From the NCBI GenBank assembly GCA_963770835.1, contig CAVYRH010000019.1, positions 288,001-352,000 on the forward strand: a DNA stretch of 64,000 nucleotides, in the 5' to 3' direction. Positions 1 through 10,775 of this stretch are shown in pieces. The notes under the pieces are model-generated. The model made no database searches and was not told where the DNA came from. It saw nothing but the letters and a program-made list of their open reading frames with translations. Numbering within the stretch: the first letter of the stretch is position 1; each line of letters begins with the position of its first letter. The position numbers were made by a program, and so were the translations under genes. Source of the DNA: an uncultured Pseudomonadota bacterium (GTDB taxonomy: Bacteria; Oederibacteriota; Muellerivitia; Muellerivitales; Muellerivitaceae).

Positions 1-1
1 G

Positions 2-262
2 TTCGCCCTAGGCGGGGAAAAATGGCTTACCCCCCACTTCGCCCTCCGGGGCGGCTTGATCGTGGAGGATGATATTTACAGCCAAAGCGCCGACCAGACG
101 ATCCTCAATACTTCCGCGGTGGCGGGGCTGGGCTATGAGGACAAGGGCTTGAAACTGGACACCAAGTTCCTTTTGGGCCAAGAGGCCAATTTGAATTATT
201 TGATCGCGGACACCTATTCGCTTTTGCTGGGGATTGAAATCCAGGGGACCCTTTTCCTATGA
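2..262 (+). CDS. Partial CDS (5' end outside window), probable outer-membrane beta-barrel protein C-terminus
   Basis: Frame is open from base 2 (FALGGEKWLTPHFALRGG...IEIQGTLFL) with an amphipathic beta-strand pattern; its stop overlaps the next ORF. Confidence 0.5.
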   Translation, partial: FALGGEKWLTPHFALRGGLIVEDDIYSQSADQTILNTSAVAGLGYEDKGLKLDTKFLLGQEANLNYLIADTYSLLLGIEIQGTLFL

Positions 263-276
263 GAACGGGATTTAAA

Positions 277-1467
277 ATGAACCATAAAACAACTTTTCTA
301 CTGTTGGCCGTCCTTTGGGGGGCCGCTTTTTCGGGAACCTGGGCCCAAGGCCAGGCTGGAACGGACAAGCCCGGCTTCCCCAAGGGTCTTTCGGCCGCGG
401 CCACGGAGAAGGGAGTCCAATTGACCTGGGACCCGGCCAAAGGGATGGCCTTCAACCTGTACCGGACCGACCCAAAGGGGAAGGTCGAAAAGAAACTCAA
501 CGCCCAACCCATCACCGACGGCTATGCCCTGCTGGACCGTTTGGACCCGGCCAAGACCTATTATTTCATCCTGACGGCGGTCAACCCGGCGGGGGTCGAA
601 AGCGCCCCCACCGAACCGTTGAAAGTCCAGGTGGCGGAACTGGAAAAGCAAACCCCTGACCAGGACAGCGGGGACCAAATGGAAGCGGACGAAAAGGAAC
701 TCTTCATCCCCCATTGGACGGGCCAAGTGGGATACATCTTTAATACCCAACTCACCTCGTCGGGCCCGGGGCAGACCACCCAGGAGATCACCCTGACGGG
801 CAATTACTATTTCAGCGAAAGCGGCCATTACTTTTCAATGGTGGCGGGCGGGGGCCAGGAGACACTGGAAGGGGCCAACACCAGTTACGGCACTTTTTCG
901 GCGGGGGGCGGGCTGGTTTTCGGGGTTTTCCAGCCCACGCTAACCGTGGCTTTCCAGCAGGGGGCCGAGGCCTTGAATTCCCTGGATGGCACCCTCACTT
1001 TGAATTTCCAGTTCTTTAAGCCCTTCGCCTTGGGGCTGATCCTGGAGGGCAATCCGCAAAGCCACCAGGGTGCCCTTTCCACGGTGTTGGGGGGCAATTC
1101 GGACCAGATCGACGAGATCGACAGCGTGGACTTGACGGGGGGCCTGGTGGCCACCTTCACGCCGTGGGATTTCCTGGACTTGACGCTCACCGGGGAGCAG
1201 GACGACTCCACGACCTACCAGTGGCAAAACATCCTTCACACCGCCGTCCACCCCTTGAACCAGACGGAACAGATCCCCTCGGTCACCCTGGCGGCGGATA
1301 TCACCTTCCTGGAGGTCTTCACGCTGGACTTGTCGCTCCAGGAGGGCGAGGAGTACATCCCCGCCGGGGTCAGCTACAACCCCATCCTCAAGAAGACGCA
1401 GGATTTTTCATCGGCCACGACCCAGTCCTTCTCGGGATACATGGCGGGCCTTACCTATAATTTGTGA
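277..1467 (+). CDS. Secreted protein with a fibronectin type III-like domain and a probable beta-barrel C-terminal region
   Basis: Signal peptide MNHKTTFLLLAVLWGAAFSGTWA; FN3 motifs P.GLSA...VQLTWD, FNLYR, TYYFILTAVN.AGVES; ends GLTYNL. Alternative start at 259. Confidence 0.6.
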   Translation: MNHKTTFLLLAVLWGAAFSGTWAQGQAGTDKPGFPKGLSAAATEKGVQLTWDPAKGMAFNLYRTDPKGKVEKKLNAQPITDGYALLDRLDPAKTYYFILTAVNPAGVESAPTEPLKVQVAELEKQTPDQDSGDQMEADEKELFIPHWTGQVGYIFNTQLTSSGPGQTTQEITLTGNYYFSESGHYFSMVAGGGQETLEGANTSYGTFSAGGGLVFGVFQPTLTVAFQQGAEALNSLDGTLTLNFQFFKPFALGLILEGNPQSHQGALSTVLGGNSDQIDEIDSVDLTGGLVATFTPWDFLDLTLTGEQDDSTTYQWQNILHTAVHPLNQTEQIPSVTLAADITFLEVFTLDLSLQEGEEYIPAGVSYNPILKKTQDFSSATTQSFSGYMAGLTYNL

Positions 1468-1498
1468 CGGAAGGGCAGCGCACGAAGGGGTCCCCGGC

Positions 1499-2134
1499 TT
1501 ATTTTTTCGCGAAGGCCCGGCTCATGCGGGCCGTGGCGGGGGGAAGCTGGCCCTCGGCGCGGGCGGCCTTGAGGGCCTTGGCCATCCAGGCCAGGTCGTC
1601 CAGCACCACCGGCACGCTGATGTTGATCACGGGCGCCACCGGTTTTCCCTCGCCGTCGAAGGCGTTGTTGACGAAGGGAACGAGGATTTGGGTGCGGATG
1701 GGCACCGCCTCGGTTTCCAGCATGATCTGGTTGAGCTGTTCCACCGAGCGCACGCCCGCCGCCACGCCCATGCTGTAACCGGCGAAAGCCACCGGCTTCT
1801 GCCGGAAGCCGAAGGAGAAGAACACGCTGTCGATGGCGTTTTTCAGCACCGCCGGAACGCCGTGGTTGTATTCGGGCGTGATGATGAGGTAAGCGTCGGC
1901 CTCCTTAATCTTGTTGTTCCACCGCTTGACCACCGGGTTCGAATAGGTGGGATTGGCGAAGTCGCCCACGGTTGCGATGGTTTCCTGGAACATAGGAAGC
2001 TTCCATTCGCGCAGGTCCAGGACTTCCACCTCAAATGCCCCATGTGCCTGGACAAGGGGTAATAACCAGCGAACAACCAAATCCGCGTTTCGCCCCTCGC
2101 GGGTGCTGCCGATGAGGACCTGAAGTTTAAGCAT
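1499..2134 (-). CDS. NADPH-dependent FMN reductase family protein
   Basis: GSTREGR, TPEYNHGVPAVLKNAID and KPVAF motifs; GGAGG RBS 6 nt before ATG 2134. Confidence 0.9.
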   Translation of the reverse strand: MLKLQVLIGSTREGRNADLVVRWLLPLVQAHGAFEVEVLDLREWKLPMFQETIATVGDFANPTYSNPVVKRWNNKIKEADAYLIITPEYNHGVPAVLKNAIDSVFFSFGFRQKPVAFAGYSMGVAAGVRSVEQLNQIMLETEAVPIRTQILVPFVNNAFDGEGKPVAPVINISVPVVLDDLAWMAKALKAARAEGQLPPATARMSRAFAKK

Positions 2135-2192
2135 GACCTGCCTCCAATGATTTTGAATCAATCCGTTTGGCATATAAGCATGTTCATATAGA

Positions 2193-2624
2193 TCAAATCC
2201 CTAACCTTTTAAGAAGTTGCGCCGTGGGATACCACACAATCCCCATTCCTTCAAAATCACCGTCGTTGGACCAAATGGGTATTTTCAACTCGAGGGCCAA
2301 AGCCAGCAAATCAACATCATCCGGATCTCTCTTCCCCATTTTTTTACGGGCCATTGCCAGCGAGCCGTGATAGTCCTTTGGGTTGTACTCTTGGACGGCC
2401 AATAATTGAAATTGGCTTTCCAGCAGTTCAACGGATATGCCGTATTTATCCGCCATGAACGGAAGGTATTCCCTGACTTCTTTGATATTTAAAGACGTGG
2501 ATACAACTTCAAGGCTGGAATGGGTAAAAACTTTAAGGGCAGCCCGGCCAGTGACAGCGGAAAGAAGGACGTTAGCGTCCGCTGCGATTCGACCGGCGGG
2601 CTTTTCTCCATGTTTCAAAGTCAT
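2193..2624 (-). CDS. PIN-domain toxin (VapC-like)
   Basis: DANVLLSA, a conserved E, DPDD...LALAL and IWSNDGDF acidic PIN residues; overlaps the upstream small gene. Confidence 0.85.
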   Translation of the reverse strand: MTLKHGEKPAGRIAADANVLLSAVTGRAALKVFTHSSLEVVSTSLNIKEVREYLPFMADKYGISVELLESQFQLLAVQEYNPKDYHGSLAMARKKMGKRDPDDVDLLALALELKIPIWSNDGDFEGMGIVWYPTAQLLKRLGI

Positions 2625-2850
2625 GTTTAACTGTCCGCTCGCTGACGCCTGATTTTTTGAGATGAGCTGAAATGGAGGAACCGAGGTTCGTTAAAAGCTC
2701 CCTGCGCAATTCCAAGGGAAGTTCCTGGGATTTGGATATGGGAATCAAAAGGCTGGCAACCTTCCCATGTTTGGTGACAAACACGAGATCGTCGCCGCTC
2801 AGAAATTCCGGCGCGTGATCCCTAAATTCCTTTACCCCTGCGACTTTCAT
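2572..2850 (-). CDS. Phd/YefM-like antitoxin
   Basis: 92 aa, MKVAGVKEFRD...VFVTKHGKVASLLIP; upstream of and overlapping the PIN gene. Confidence 0.75.
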   Translation of the reverse strand: MKVAGVKEFRDHAPEFLSGDDLVFVTKHGKVASLLIPISKSQELPLELRRELLTNLGSSISAHLKKSGVSERTVKHDFETWRKARRSNRSGR

Positions 2851-2891
2851 AAACCCGCCTTCTTTGAACTCAAAATACTTTCGATTTTTTC

Positions 2892-2928
2892 AATATAAAC
2901 TTTTTTATAATTATGTCAATAATTATGT
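2892..2928 (-). promoter_or_regulatory. Sigma70-like promoter of the TA operon overlapped by a direct repeat (possible operator)
   Basis: Minus strand TTGACA (2919-2914), 16 nt spacer, TATATT (2897-2892); ATAATTATGT occurs at 2907 and 2919. Confidence 0.5.
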
Positions 2929-3064
2929 ACACAATACTGATTCCGGCTGTCCAACGCGGTCCCCGTCGTGGACAACCCGGGTAAAAAAGAATCCGGCCGA
3001 CCGCCGGCATTTTAACCACAATCCTGAAGGTTGGCGGGGTTTGGTTCGGACCGGGGCCGGGGTT

Positions 3065-3099
3065 AAAAAAAAAGCCCGTCCCCCTGGGGGACGGGCTTT
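3065..3099 (-). terminator. Rho-independent terminator of the DUF805 gene
   Basis: AAAGCCCGTCCCC/GGGGACGGGCTTT stem followed by a T run on the minus strand. Confidence 0.8.
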
Positions 3100-3123
3100 G
3101 GAAAAACTGAAAAAAGGCGGGCC

Positions 3124-3435
3124 CTATTTGAAGCTGGGTTGGCAGAACAAGTAAATCAAGTAGAGTGCCCCTAATAGCGGCACGAGGGCGATGAGAAGCC
3201 ACCAGCCGGACTTGCCGATGTCGTGAAGCCTCCGGACGCCCACGGCGATACTCGGGATCAGCACCCCCAAGGAGTAGAGGTAATACAGGGCCATCAACGG
3301 GTGGACCAGCGCCCCCAGGACCGACAGCACGATCGCGATGATGAGATTGAAAAGGACAAAAAACCAGTATTCGCTCCGGGTCGAGCGGCCCGTAAACTCG
3401 GCGTATTTTTTCAACACGGCCAAATAATATTGCAT
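3124..3435 (-). CDS. DUF805 family inner-membrane protein
   Basis: KYAEFTGRSTRSEYWFF and VRRLHDIGKSGWW signatures. Confidence 0.9.
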   Translation of the reverse strand: MQYYLAVLKKYAEFTGRSTRSEYWFFVLFNLIIAIVLSVLGALVHPLMALYYLYSLGVLIPSIAVGVRRLHDIGKSGWWLLIALVPLLGALYLIYLFCQPSFK

Positions 3436-3595
3436 GAAGCCCTCCTAAAATTTTTATAAGAAGCCGGCGCCGTCCTCAAACCAAGTCCGGGTTATGTTAT
3501 CGGCATTCACCTTACCCGATTCATGTTTTTTCGCGCGAAAAACTTTTTTTACCCCGCCCTAACAATGGTAAAAAACGTGAATTCACGCGAAATCC

Positions 3596-3785
3596 GGTGG
3601 TGTCTCAGTTTGATTAATTCCCCACTTTGAAAAAGGGGCTTTGGTTTTGTGGGTACATAGGGGCTTTTCCCTATGAGAGCCGTTGGGGAGGGGGTATTGG
3701 CCTTTAACGACAAAGCTAACTCCCCCTAAATCCCCCTCTTTCAGAGGGGGGAAAAGGAAGCACAACATCAAACTGATACACCACC
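3596..3785. mobile_element. Non-autonomous mini-element, copy 1, with IS1-like terminal inverted repeats
   Basis: GGTGGTGTCTCAGTTTGA ... TCAAACTGATACACCACC, enclosing CCCCCTAAATCCCCCTCTTTCAGAGGGGG-type palindromes. Confidence 0.6.
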
Positions 3786-3869
3786 GTATTTCCATACTTT
3801 AGCTTCATTGACATTTGACCCGGGGACTCGCACACTAAACCCGCTGATGATCAACCAAGGAGGAATCGC

Positions 3870-4565
3870 ATGGGCTTATTGACCACGGATCAACCTATTC
3901 CCTCAAGCGTCGTTCAGGAAGACGCCTCGACCCAAATGGGTTTTTTGCAGAAAGTTTATTCCCTTTTCTTGTTGGGGCTGGTTTGCGCCTTCGGCGGCGC
4001 TTTTGCCACCATGACAAACCCCGATATCGCCCGTGCGGTGATAGGACATTTTTGGATCGGCCTGTTGGTTTACTTTGGGGTGTTTTTCCTGACCATGGCG
4101 GTCCGTAAAAAACCCGTCATTAATATAGCGGCCCTGCTGACCTTCACCTTTGTCTCCGGGGCCTTTATCGCCCCCGCCATCATGTTCGCCGTCCTTAAAA
4201 CAGGATCCATGGATGTGGTGGTCCAAGCCGCCGGAATCACCGGTTCGATTTTCGTGGGCTTGACCGCCTATACCTTCATCTCCAAGAAGGACTTTTCTTT
4301 CCTCCACGGCATTGTCTATGTGGGAATTTTCGCGGTGATCGGCATTATGGTGGTGAATTTCTTCGTCCAAAGCGAAGCCGCCAATGTGGCTATTTCCTGG
4401 ATCGGCTCGGTTTTGTTTTCCCTTTTCATCCTTTATGACACCTCCCGCATCATGCGCACCCACGAAAGCGACGAATACGTCAGCGGGGCCTTGAGCCTCT
4501 TCCTGGACTTCATCAATCTGTTCCTGTTTATCCTGCGCATTCTCTCGGGCGGCCGCCGCAGCTAA
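3870..4565 (+). CDS. Bax inhibitor-1/YccA family membrane protein
   Basis: About 7 hydrophobic helices; FLQKVY, KDFSFL, ILYDTSRI, ALSLFLDFINLF; GGAGG RBS. Confidence 0.9.
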   Translation: MGLLTTDQPIPSSVVQEDASTQMGFLQKVYSLFLLGLVCAFGGAFATMTNPDIARAVIGHFWIGLLVYFGVFFLTMAVRKKPVINIAALLTFTFVSGAFIAPAIMFAVLKTGSMDVVVQAAGITGSIFVGLTAYTFISKKDFSFLHGIVYVGIFAVIGIMVVNFFVQSEAANVAISWIGSVLFSLFILYDTSRIMRTHESDEYVSGALSLFLDFINLFLFILRILSGGRRS

Positions 4566-4650
4566 AAATAGTTGGATAGTGACCAATCTATCGTTTGGAT
4601 GCGGCCGCAAAGGGCGGCCGCGTCGAAATTTTCCTACGATTAATATTTAA

Positions 4651-4823
4651 GAGGCTCTAACAAAAATCAAAAACAAAGGCGATTTGAACCATCAAGGTCA
4701 CAAAGTCCACCAAGAAAGGCTGGAACAAAGATTGGATTTAAAGCATTTTTAAATATTATTGTCTTTCGTCGTTCTTGGTGCCCTTGGTGTCTTGGTGGTG
4801 AGAAGGGTTTTTGTTAGAAGTTC
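4651..4823. mobile_element. Mini-element with imperfect 16-bp TIRs and TAA flanks carrying an ACCAAG-type palindromic repeat
   Basis: TAA|GAGGCTCTAACAAAAA ... TTTTTGTTAGAAGTTC|TAA; the interior closely matches the reverse complement of 18449-18598. Confidence 0.5.
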
Positions 4824-4889
4824 TAAAGCACTCCTTAAACCTCCTTGCTTTTCGCCGTTTTTCGTGTATTCGTGGTTCAAACGGCCCCT

Positions 4890-6722
<1,833 letters not shown>

Positions 6723-6898
6723 ACCTTAACATTCCGATGGCCGGGAGAACCGTGGGAATGGGATCAAATTGGTTTTCCCGCCTCTCAATTTGATTCCCTT
6801 TTCCCGGCCCCCCCGGGAATGCGGAAAAACCCCGCCCGGCGCGTGGCTTGCTTCTTGCTTTATCCTAAGCCGCGTCCATCACCGCCAAAAGGAAAACC

Positions 6899-7201
6899 AT
6901 GGAATTCACGCAGGCAGAAAAAGACCGCGTCCTTGCCGAGGAAAAACTGCGGTATGAAACCTTCAAGGACCTTCAATTGCTGTGGGGTGGAAAATTCTGT
7001 CCCTTCCATAGTTTTGGGCCGGGACCCTATGGCGGCTGCCAATGCCGCAGCCTGATCAAGGGTTTCCTGCTGGGGGTGGTTTTCGCGTCGTTGCTTTTTT
7101 TCCTTTTTGCCCGGCAGGGATTCGCCCGTGACGGAGGGCGCGTTAATTACAACGGTTCACCCGTGATGCAGTCCCACGGTTCCCCCAGCCAAGCCATGTA
7201 A
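6899..7201 (+). CDS. Small hypothetical membrane protein
   Basis: AAGGA RBS, charged N-terminus and one hydrophobic helix (GFLLGVVFASLLFFLF). Confidence 0.55.
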   Translation: MEFTQAEKDRVLAEEKLRYETFKDLQLLWGGKFCPFHSFGPGPYGGCQCRSLIKGFLLGVVFASLLFFLFARQGFARDGGRVNYNGSPVMQSHGSPSQAM

Positions 7202-7240
7202 CCCGCCGAAGATTCCTTCGGCACGAAAGCCCCGTTTTTC

Positions 7241-7398
7241 GGTAATGCATCAGTTTAAAAGGAAATGTTGCTCCACCCTCACCCCGCCCTCTCCCCTCAA
7301 GGGAGAGGGGGGAAAAAGAATTAAAACCCTCGCCCCTTGGGGGAGAGGGTAGGGTGAGGGGTGCCTTAAGGGCGTCCAACTCAAACTGGTGTACTACC
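7241..7398. mobile_element. Non-autonomous mini-element, copy 2, with IS1-like TIRs and a BoxC-like cargo
   Basis: GGTAATGCATCAGTTT ... AAACTGGTGTACTACC, enclosing CACCCTCACCCCGCCCTCTCCC...GGGAGAGGGTAGGGTGAGGGGTG (7274-7363). Confidence 0.6.
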
Positions 7399-7468
7399 CG
7401 CTTTTTCATCCCCGGCCCGGGCCGGGGATGAAGGCGGCTTTCCAACTGTTCCTTAAAGAGGTGAAACC

Positions 7469-7723
7469 ATGATCGGCCAATCCCCATCCGACCCGCAGGA
7501 AGTCCAACTGGAAGGCCTGATTCACAGCCGCATCCGCCAAATGGGCACCGGTATCCATGTCGTTGTGAAAAGTGGCCGGGTGACCCTGACCGGCACCGCC
7601 GATGATTTCAAGGCCAAAAGGGCGATCGATGTGCTGGTCAGGGGAATCGGCGGGGTGAAGGATGTCATCAACAAACTCGTCGTCACTTCCATCACCGACG
7701 GAGTCTTTGAGAATTATACGTAA
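7469..7723 (+). CDS. BON domain protein
   Basis: IHVVVKSGRVTLTG...GIGGVKDVINKLVV pattern; GAGG RBS. Confidence 0.85.
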   Translation: MIGQSPSDPQEVQLEGLIHSRIRQMGTGIHVVVKSGRVTLTGTADDFKAKRAIDVLVRGIGGVKDVINKLVVTSITDGVFENYT

Positions 7724-7846
7724 GATTAACCACTGTCGTTTCTATCCGGTTGGGTCCACCTGTTGAGTGGGGGGCGCCACCACAATGGTAACCGCCTTGA
7801 AGCCTGGGCTTGGCGTTGGCGCGGAAGGTTCTTCTAGCGTATTTCC

Positions 7847-8013
7847 GGTAGTGTCTCAGTTTGATTTTTAGATGTCATTGCGAGGAGGCACGGTTTGCAG
7901 TTGGTGCCGACATGGCAATCCAAACTTCAAAAAAACTGCAGTTTTTGGACCGCTTTAGATTGCTTCCTCGGTCAAAAGTCGACCTCCTCGCAATGACAAA
8001 CTGAGGCACTACC
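7847..8013. mobile_element. Non-autonomous mini-element, copy 3, with IS1-like TIRs and a GTCATTGCGAG-type cargo
   Basis: GGTAGTGTCTCAGTTTG ... CAAACTGAGGCACTACC, enclosing GTCATTGCGAGGAGG...CCTCCTCGCAATGAC. Confidence 0.6.
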
Positions 8014-8027
8014 AAAACTCCCATCCG

Positions 8028-9605
8028 CTAAAACCCCAAAAACTTTTTGGCCGCGTCACCGGCAATCGTGGTGACCGCCTGCCCGATCATCTTGCCCGTT
8101 GGGTCTGCTTGCTGGGTAGGGGCCGCCACCACTAGGGTAACCGGCTTGACGGACTTGCTTTGGCCGGTATTAACCTTGGATTTTGGCTGTTGGACGGCGG
8201 CTTGAACCTGTTTTCCCCCAACCGCAGCCGGAACCGGCGCGGGGTTAAGGGCGGGCAAAGCCTGGCTGACCATGGCTGGTTGGGGGGCCGCATTCTGGGG
8301 CGGGTGGTTCACCACCTGCCGGGAATAGACCATGCGATAGGCCATCCGGGTCACAAGCCGGCTGGCTATGCTTATAAGAAAGCCTCCCACCATTAAGAAG
8401 AGGAATAGGGTGATGACGGCCGCCCAACCCTGGTTCTTCACTCCCATCCGTTGGACACCTGCCGTGGTCTTGTTGAAGCTCCGGGTAAACCACCGGGGAA
8501 CAAAGCGGTTCAGGATGTGGGCGGGGATATGCTTGATCTGGGTCCAAAGTATGTTCCCCGCAATCGAGGTAGCGCCGGCCGTCAGGGGGCTCGACGCCTC
8601 CGCGGGGGCCGGATGGAAGACGAAGCCCACCTTGGTGTCCTCAAAACCCCTCGAGATCATCGCCGGGGAAGGCTTGGTGGCGGAGCTCAACAGATGGGCT
8701 TTAATGCCTCGGGAGGCGGCGGAGGCCGCCTCCCAAGCCAGGTTCTGGCCCTCGAGGCTTATGCGCACCTCATAGGCCTCCCCTCCCTTATATTTCACCT
8801 TGAGGTGGGGGTCCAAGGTAGCCCAGGCGGCGGCTAAGGGATCGGTTAGGGAATCCTTGGGTTCTTTCCCGCCAAAATCCTCGGGTTGGTTCCCTTTTTG
8901 GACCCATTCGACCAATTTCTTGGCCTTTTGCTCGGTCAAATGGTGGTCCAGGACCACTTTGAGGGTCCTTTCGACCAGGGCGGGGTGTTCCAGATCGGCC
9001 AAAGCAAACAAAGCTGCCTCGGTTATCAAAAAACCCTTATTTTGAGTGTCACGGTCCGTGACACTTTCCCCCTTATCGGGTTCTTGGGAGTCCGCTAAGT
9101 TACCTTCTATCATCTTCCGGGCTTCGGGGTTGAGTACCGCCATGATCTTCAAAGCCCGAAAAACCTTGTTGTAGGAAATCCCAAGACGTTCGGCGAGCTT
9201 CCTTAAGCTTAGCCCCGTCGACTTATCTTCGAACTCGATGGCCATGAGCCAATCCCACCAATCCATTTCCTCCAGGTTGTTGTCCATGAGAGAGGCAAAG
9301 TGGGTCTCGTCGGGGAGGATATCCATGACCTTACAGTTCAGGGTAACCAACCCGGCCAACTTGGCCCCAGCAAGGCGCCGGTGGCCCCCGATGAGTAAAT
9401 ATTCGAGCCCGGGGTTGGCGGCTTTCTCCTCAGTTGTAAGAGGCCGGACTTTGGCATCGGTCTGTTGGCCCTTGTCCTTCAGGGACTCGGCCATTTCCTG
9501 GATGGACCCCTTCTTAAAGCGCGTCCGGGGCTGGTGGGGGTTCGGCAGGATCTTCTCAAGCGGGATTTGGACAACAGTCGTCACTGGGGCAAGGGTGGTT
9601 TCCAT
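8028..9605 (-). CDS. ParB/Spo0J-like protein with an HTH, a transmembrane helix and a Pro/Ala/Gln-rich tail
   Basis: PNPHQPRTRF and LIGGHRRL ParB boxes; SLRKLAERLGISYNKVFRAL HTH; WAAVITLFLFLMVGGFLISIA TM; GGAGG RBS before ATG 9605. Confidence 0.75.
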   Translation of the reverse strand: METTLAPVTTVVQIPLEKILPNPHQPRTRFKKGSIQEMAESLKDKGQQTDAKVRPLTTEEKAANPGLEYLLIGGHRRLAGAKLAGLVTLNCKVMDILPDETHFASLMDNNLEEMDWWDWLMAIEFEDKSTGLSLRKLAERLGISYNKVFRALKIMAVLNPEARKMIEGNLADSQEPDKGESVTDRDTQNKGFLITEAALFALADLEHPALVERTLKVVLDHHLTEQKAKKLVEWVQKGNQPEDFGGKEPKDSLTDPLAAAWATLDPHLKVKYKGGEAYEVRISLEGQNLAWEAASAASRGIKAHLLSSATKPSPAMISRGFEDTKVGFVFHPAPAEASSPLTAGATSIAGNILWTQIKHIPAHILNRFVPRWFTRSFNKTTAGVQRMGVKNQGWAAVITLFLFLMVGGFLISIASRLVTRMAYRMVYSRQVVNHPPQNAAPQPAMVSQALPALNPAPVPAAVGGKQVQAAVQQPKSKVNTGQSKSVKPVTLVVAAPTQQADPTGKMIGQAVTTIAGDAAKKFLGF

Positions 9606-9914
9606 AGGACCTCCAAAATGAGTTTTGAATTTTGGAAATCTTAATGGGGACAAAAAGGCAGGTTCAAGGGGGGTTCAATAAAAAACCGTGATTCGCGGGA
9701 GATTTATTTTTTTCTGCCCAATTCATGTCCTATACGGAGCGGTTCGGGGGACTTCTTCACCCGGAGGGTGGAGGGAGGTTATTGGGAAAAGAAAGGTTTT
9801 ATGGGAAAGCTGAACGTTCGGGAATTTTTATAGATTTTGTCTGATCACCGCCCGGTTTTGAGCGGGGGGAAATGACTTTGCCCGCTCGGAGGCTTTAAAA
9901 ACCGCGGTCCGGAT

Positions 9915-10514
9915 TCATCCCAGGAATGCCTTGGGGACCCGGGCCGCAGGGCCCGCCGTGTTTCCGCGGTTGTCCTCCATCTCCGGGGGGAAAATCTTGG
10001 AGGAGTATTTATCCAAGACATCATCGATGGAGACCCGCAGGTCGGCGGCCCGGATAAGCTGGATGTTTTGGCTGTCATTGAAGGCGGCGATCTCAACGCA
10101 CCGGCCCAAGTCCTTAACCCGGTCCAACACCGGGGAAAAATCCCCGTCCTCGGTCACCACAATGGCCGTATCGAAAATTTTACGGGCCGCGTAATACACC
10201 AGGTCGGAGGCCAGCAAAACGTCCACTCCCCTTTCCTGGACGCTTCCATCGGCCGTCGGGACGAGGCGGCCCAAGCGAAGCTCCAAATAAGGGGTCCGGT
10301 CCAGGGAATCCAGGAACGACATTTGGCTTTTGGCCTTTTCGGGAAAGGCGTTTTTGTCGTAGGCGACGTTGTAGTAAAAGGTGCGGACCAGCTCCCGGTC
10401 GGGCCCGGCCAGGGCCAGGCTTAACTGGTGATAATCCACCCTCGTCGCCCGGTTGTTGCGCTTGAGGGCGAAATAAAAATTGCTTCCGTCAATGAAGACA
10501 CATGCGCGTTCCAT
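9915..10514 (-). CDS. NYN domain (LabA/DUF88) protein
   Basis: VFIDGSNF, ERGVDVLLASD, TEDGDFSP and GRCVE motifs. Confidence 0.9.
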   Translation of the reverse strand: MERACVFIDGSNFYFALKRNNRATRVDYHQLSLALAGPDRELVRTFYYNVAYDKNAFPEKAKSQMSFLDSLDRTPYLELRLGRLVPTADGSVQERGVDVLLASDLVYYAARKIFDTAIVVTEDGDFSPVLDRVKDLGRCVEIAAFNDSQNIQLIRAADLRVSIDDVLDKYSSKIFPPEMEDNRGNTAGPAARVPKAFLG

Positions 10515-10591
10515 GAGTTGGCCGTCCCTTTTGATTGAAGTGGGTCCTGCCGGGTTTTAGGCCCCAAAAGCCCTTGATGCCCCATCTTAAC

Positions 10592-10775
10592 CCGCGGGGA
10601 ATCATCCGTCCCGCATAACGTTTGGACGCTTGAACCGGCCGGTTCGGATTGATCTTCCTCCCATTCAAGGTTCCCGCCATGGGGAGGAATGGGAATGCCG
10701 CCGCTCCAATCGGTGAATACACCTTCAAGACAAGTAACGGCGATTTTGCCGCCGAACGACGCCGATACCCCACAT
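10592..10775 (-). ncRNA. ssrS: Candidate 6S RNA
   Basis: About 180-nt rod on the minus strand: closing stem GUGGGGUAUC/GAUUCCCCGC, CUUGAA/UUCAAG stem, central bubble, UUCCCAUUC/GAAUGGGAG stem and a 3' GAACC-N4-GGUUCAAG element. G-U pairs favour the minus strand. Folded by eye. Confidence 0.55.

Noticed and set aside
2173..2188. TATAAGCATGTTCATA upstream of the FMN reductase as a seventh regulon site
   Set aside because: One mismatch to the motif, but only 38 nt from the start and with no -10 at the 21-nt spacing; more likely a separate repressor operator
8028..9605. ParB gene as evidence of a plasmid or prophage
   Set aside because: No parA, replication, integrase or phage genes nearby; the flanks look chromosomal
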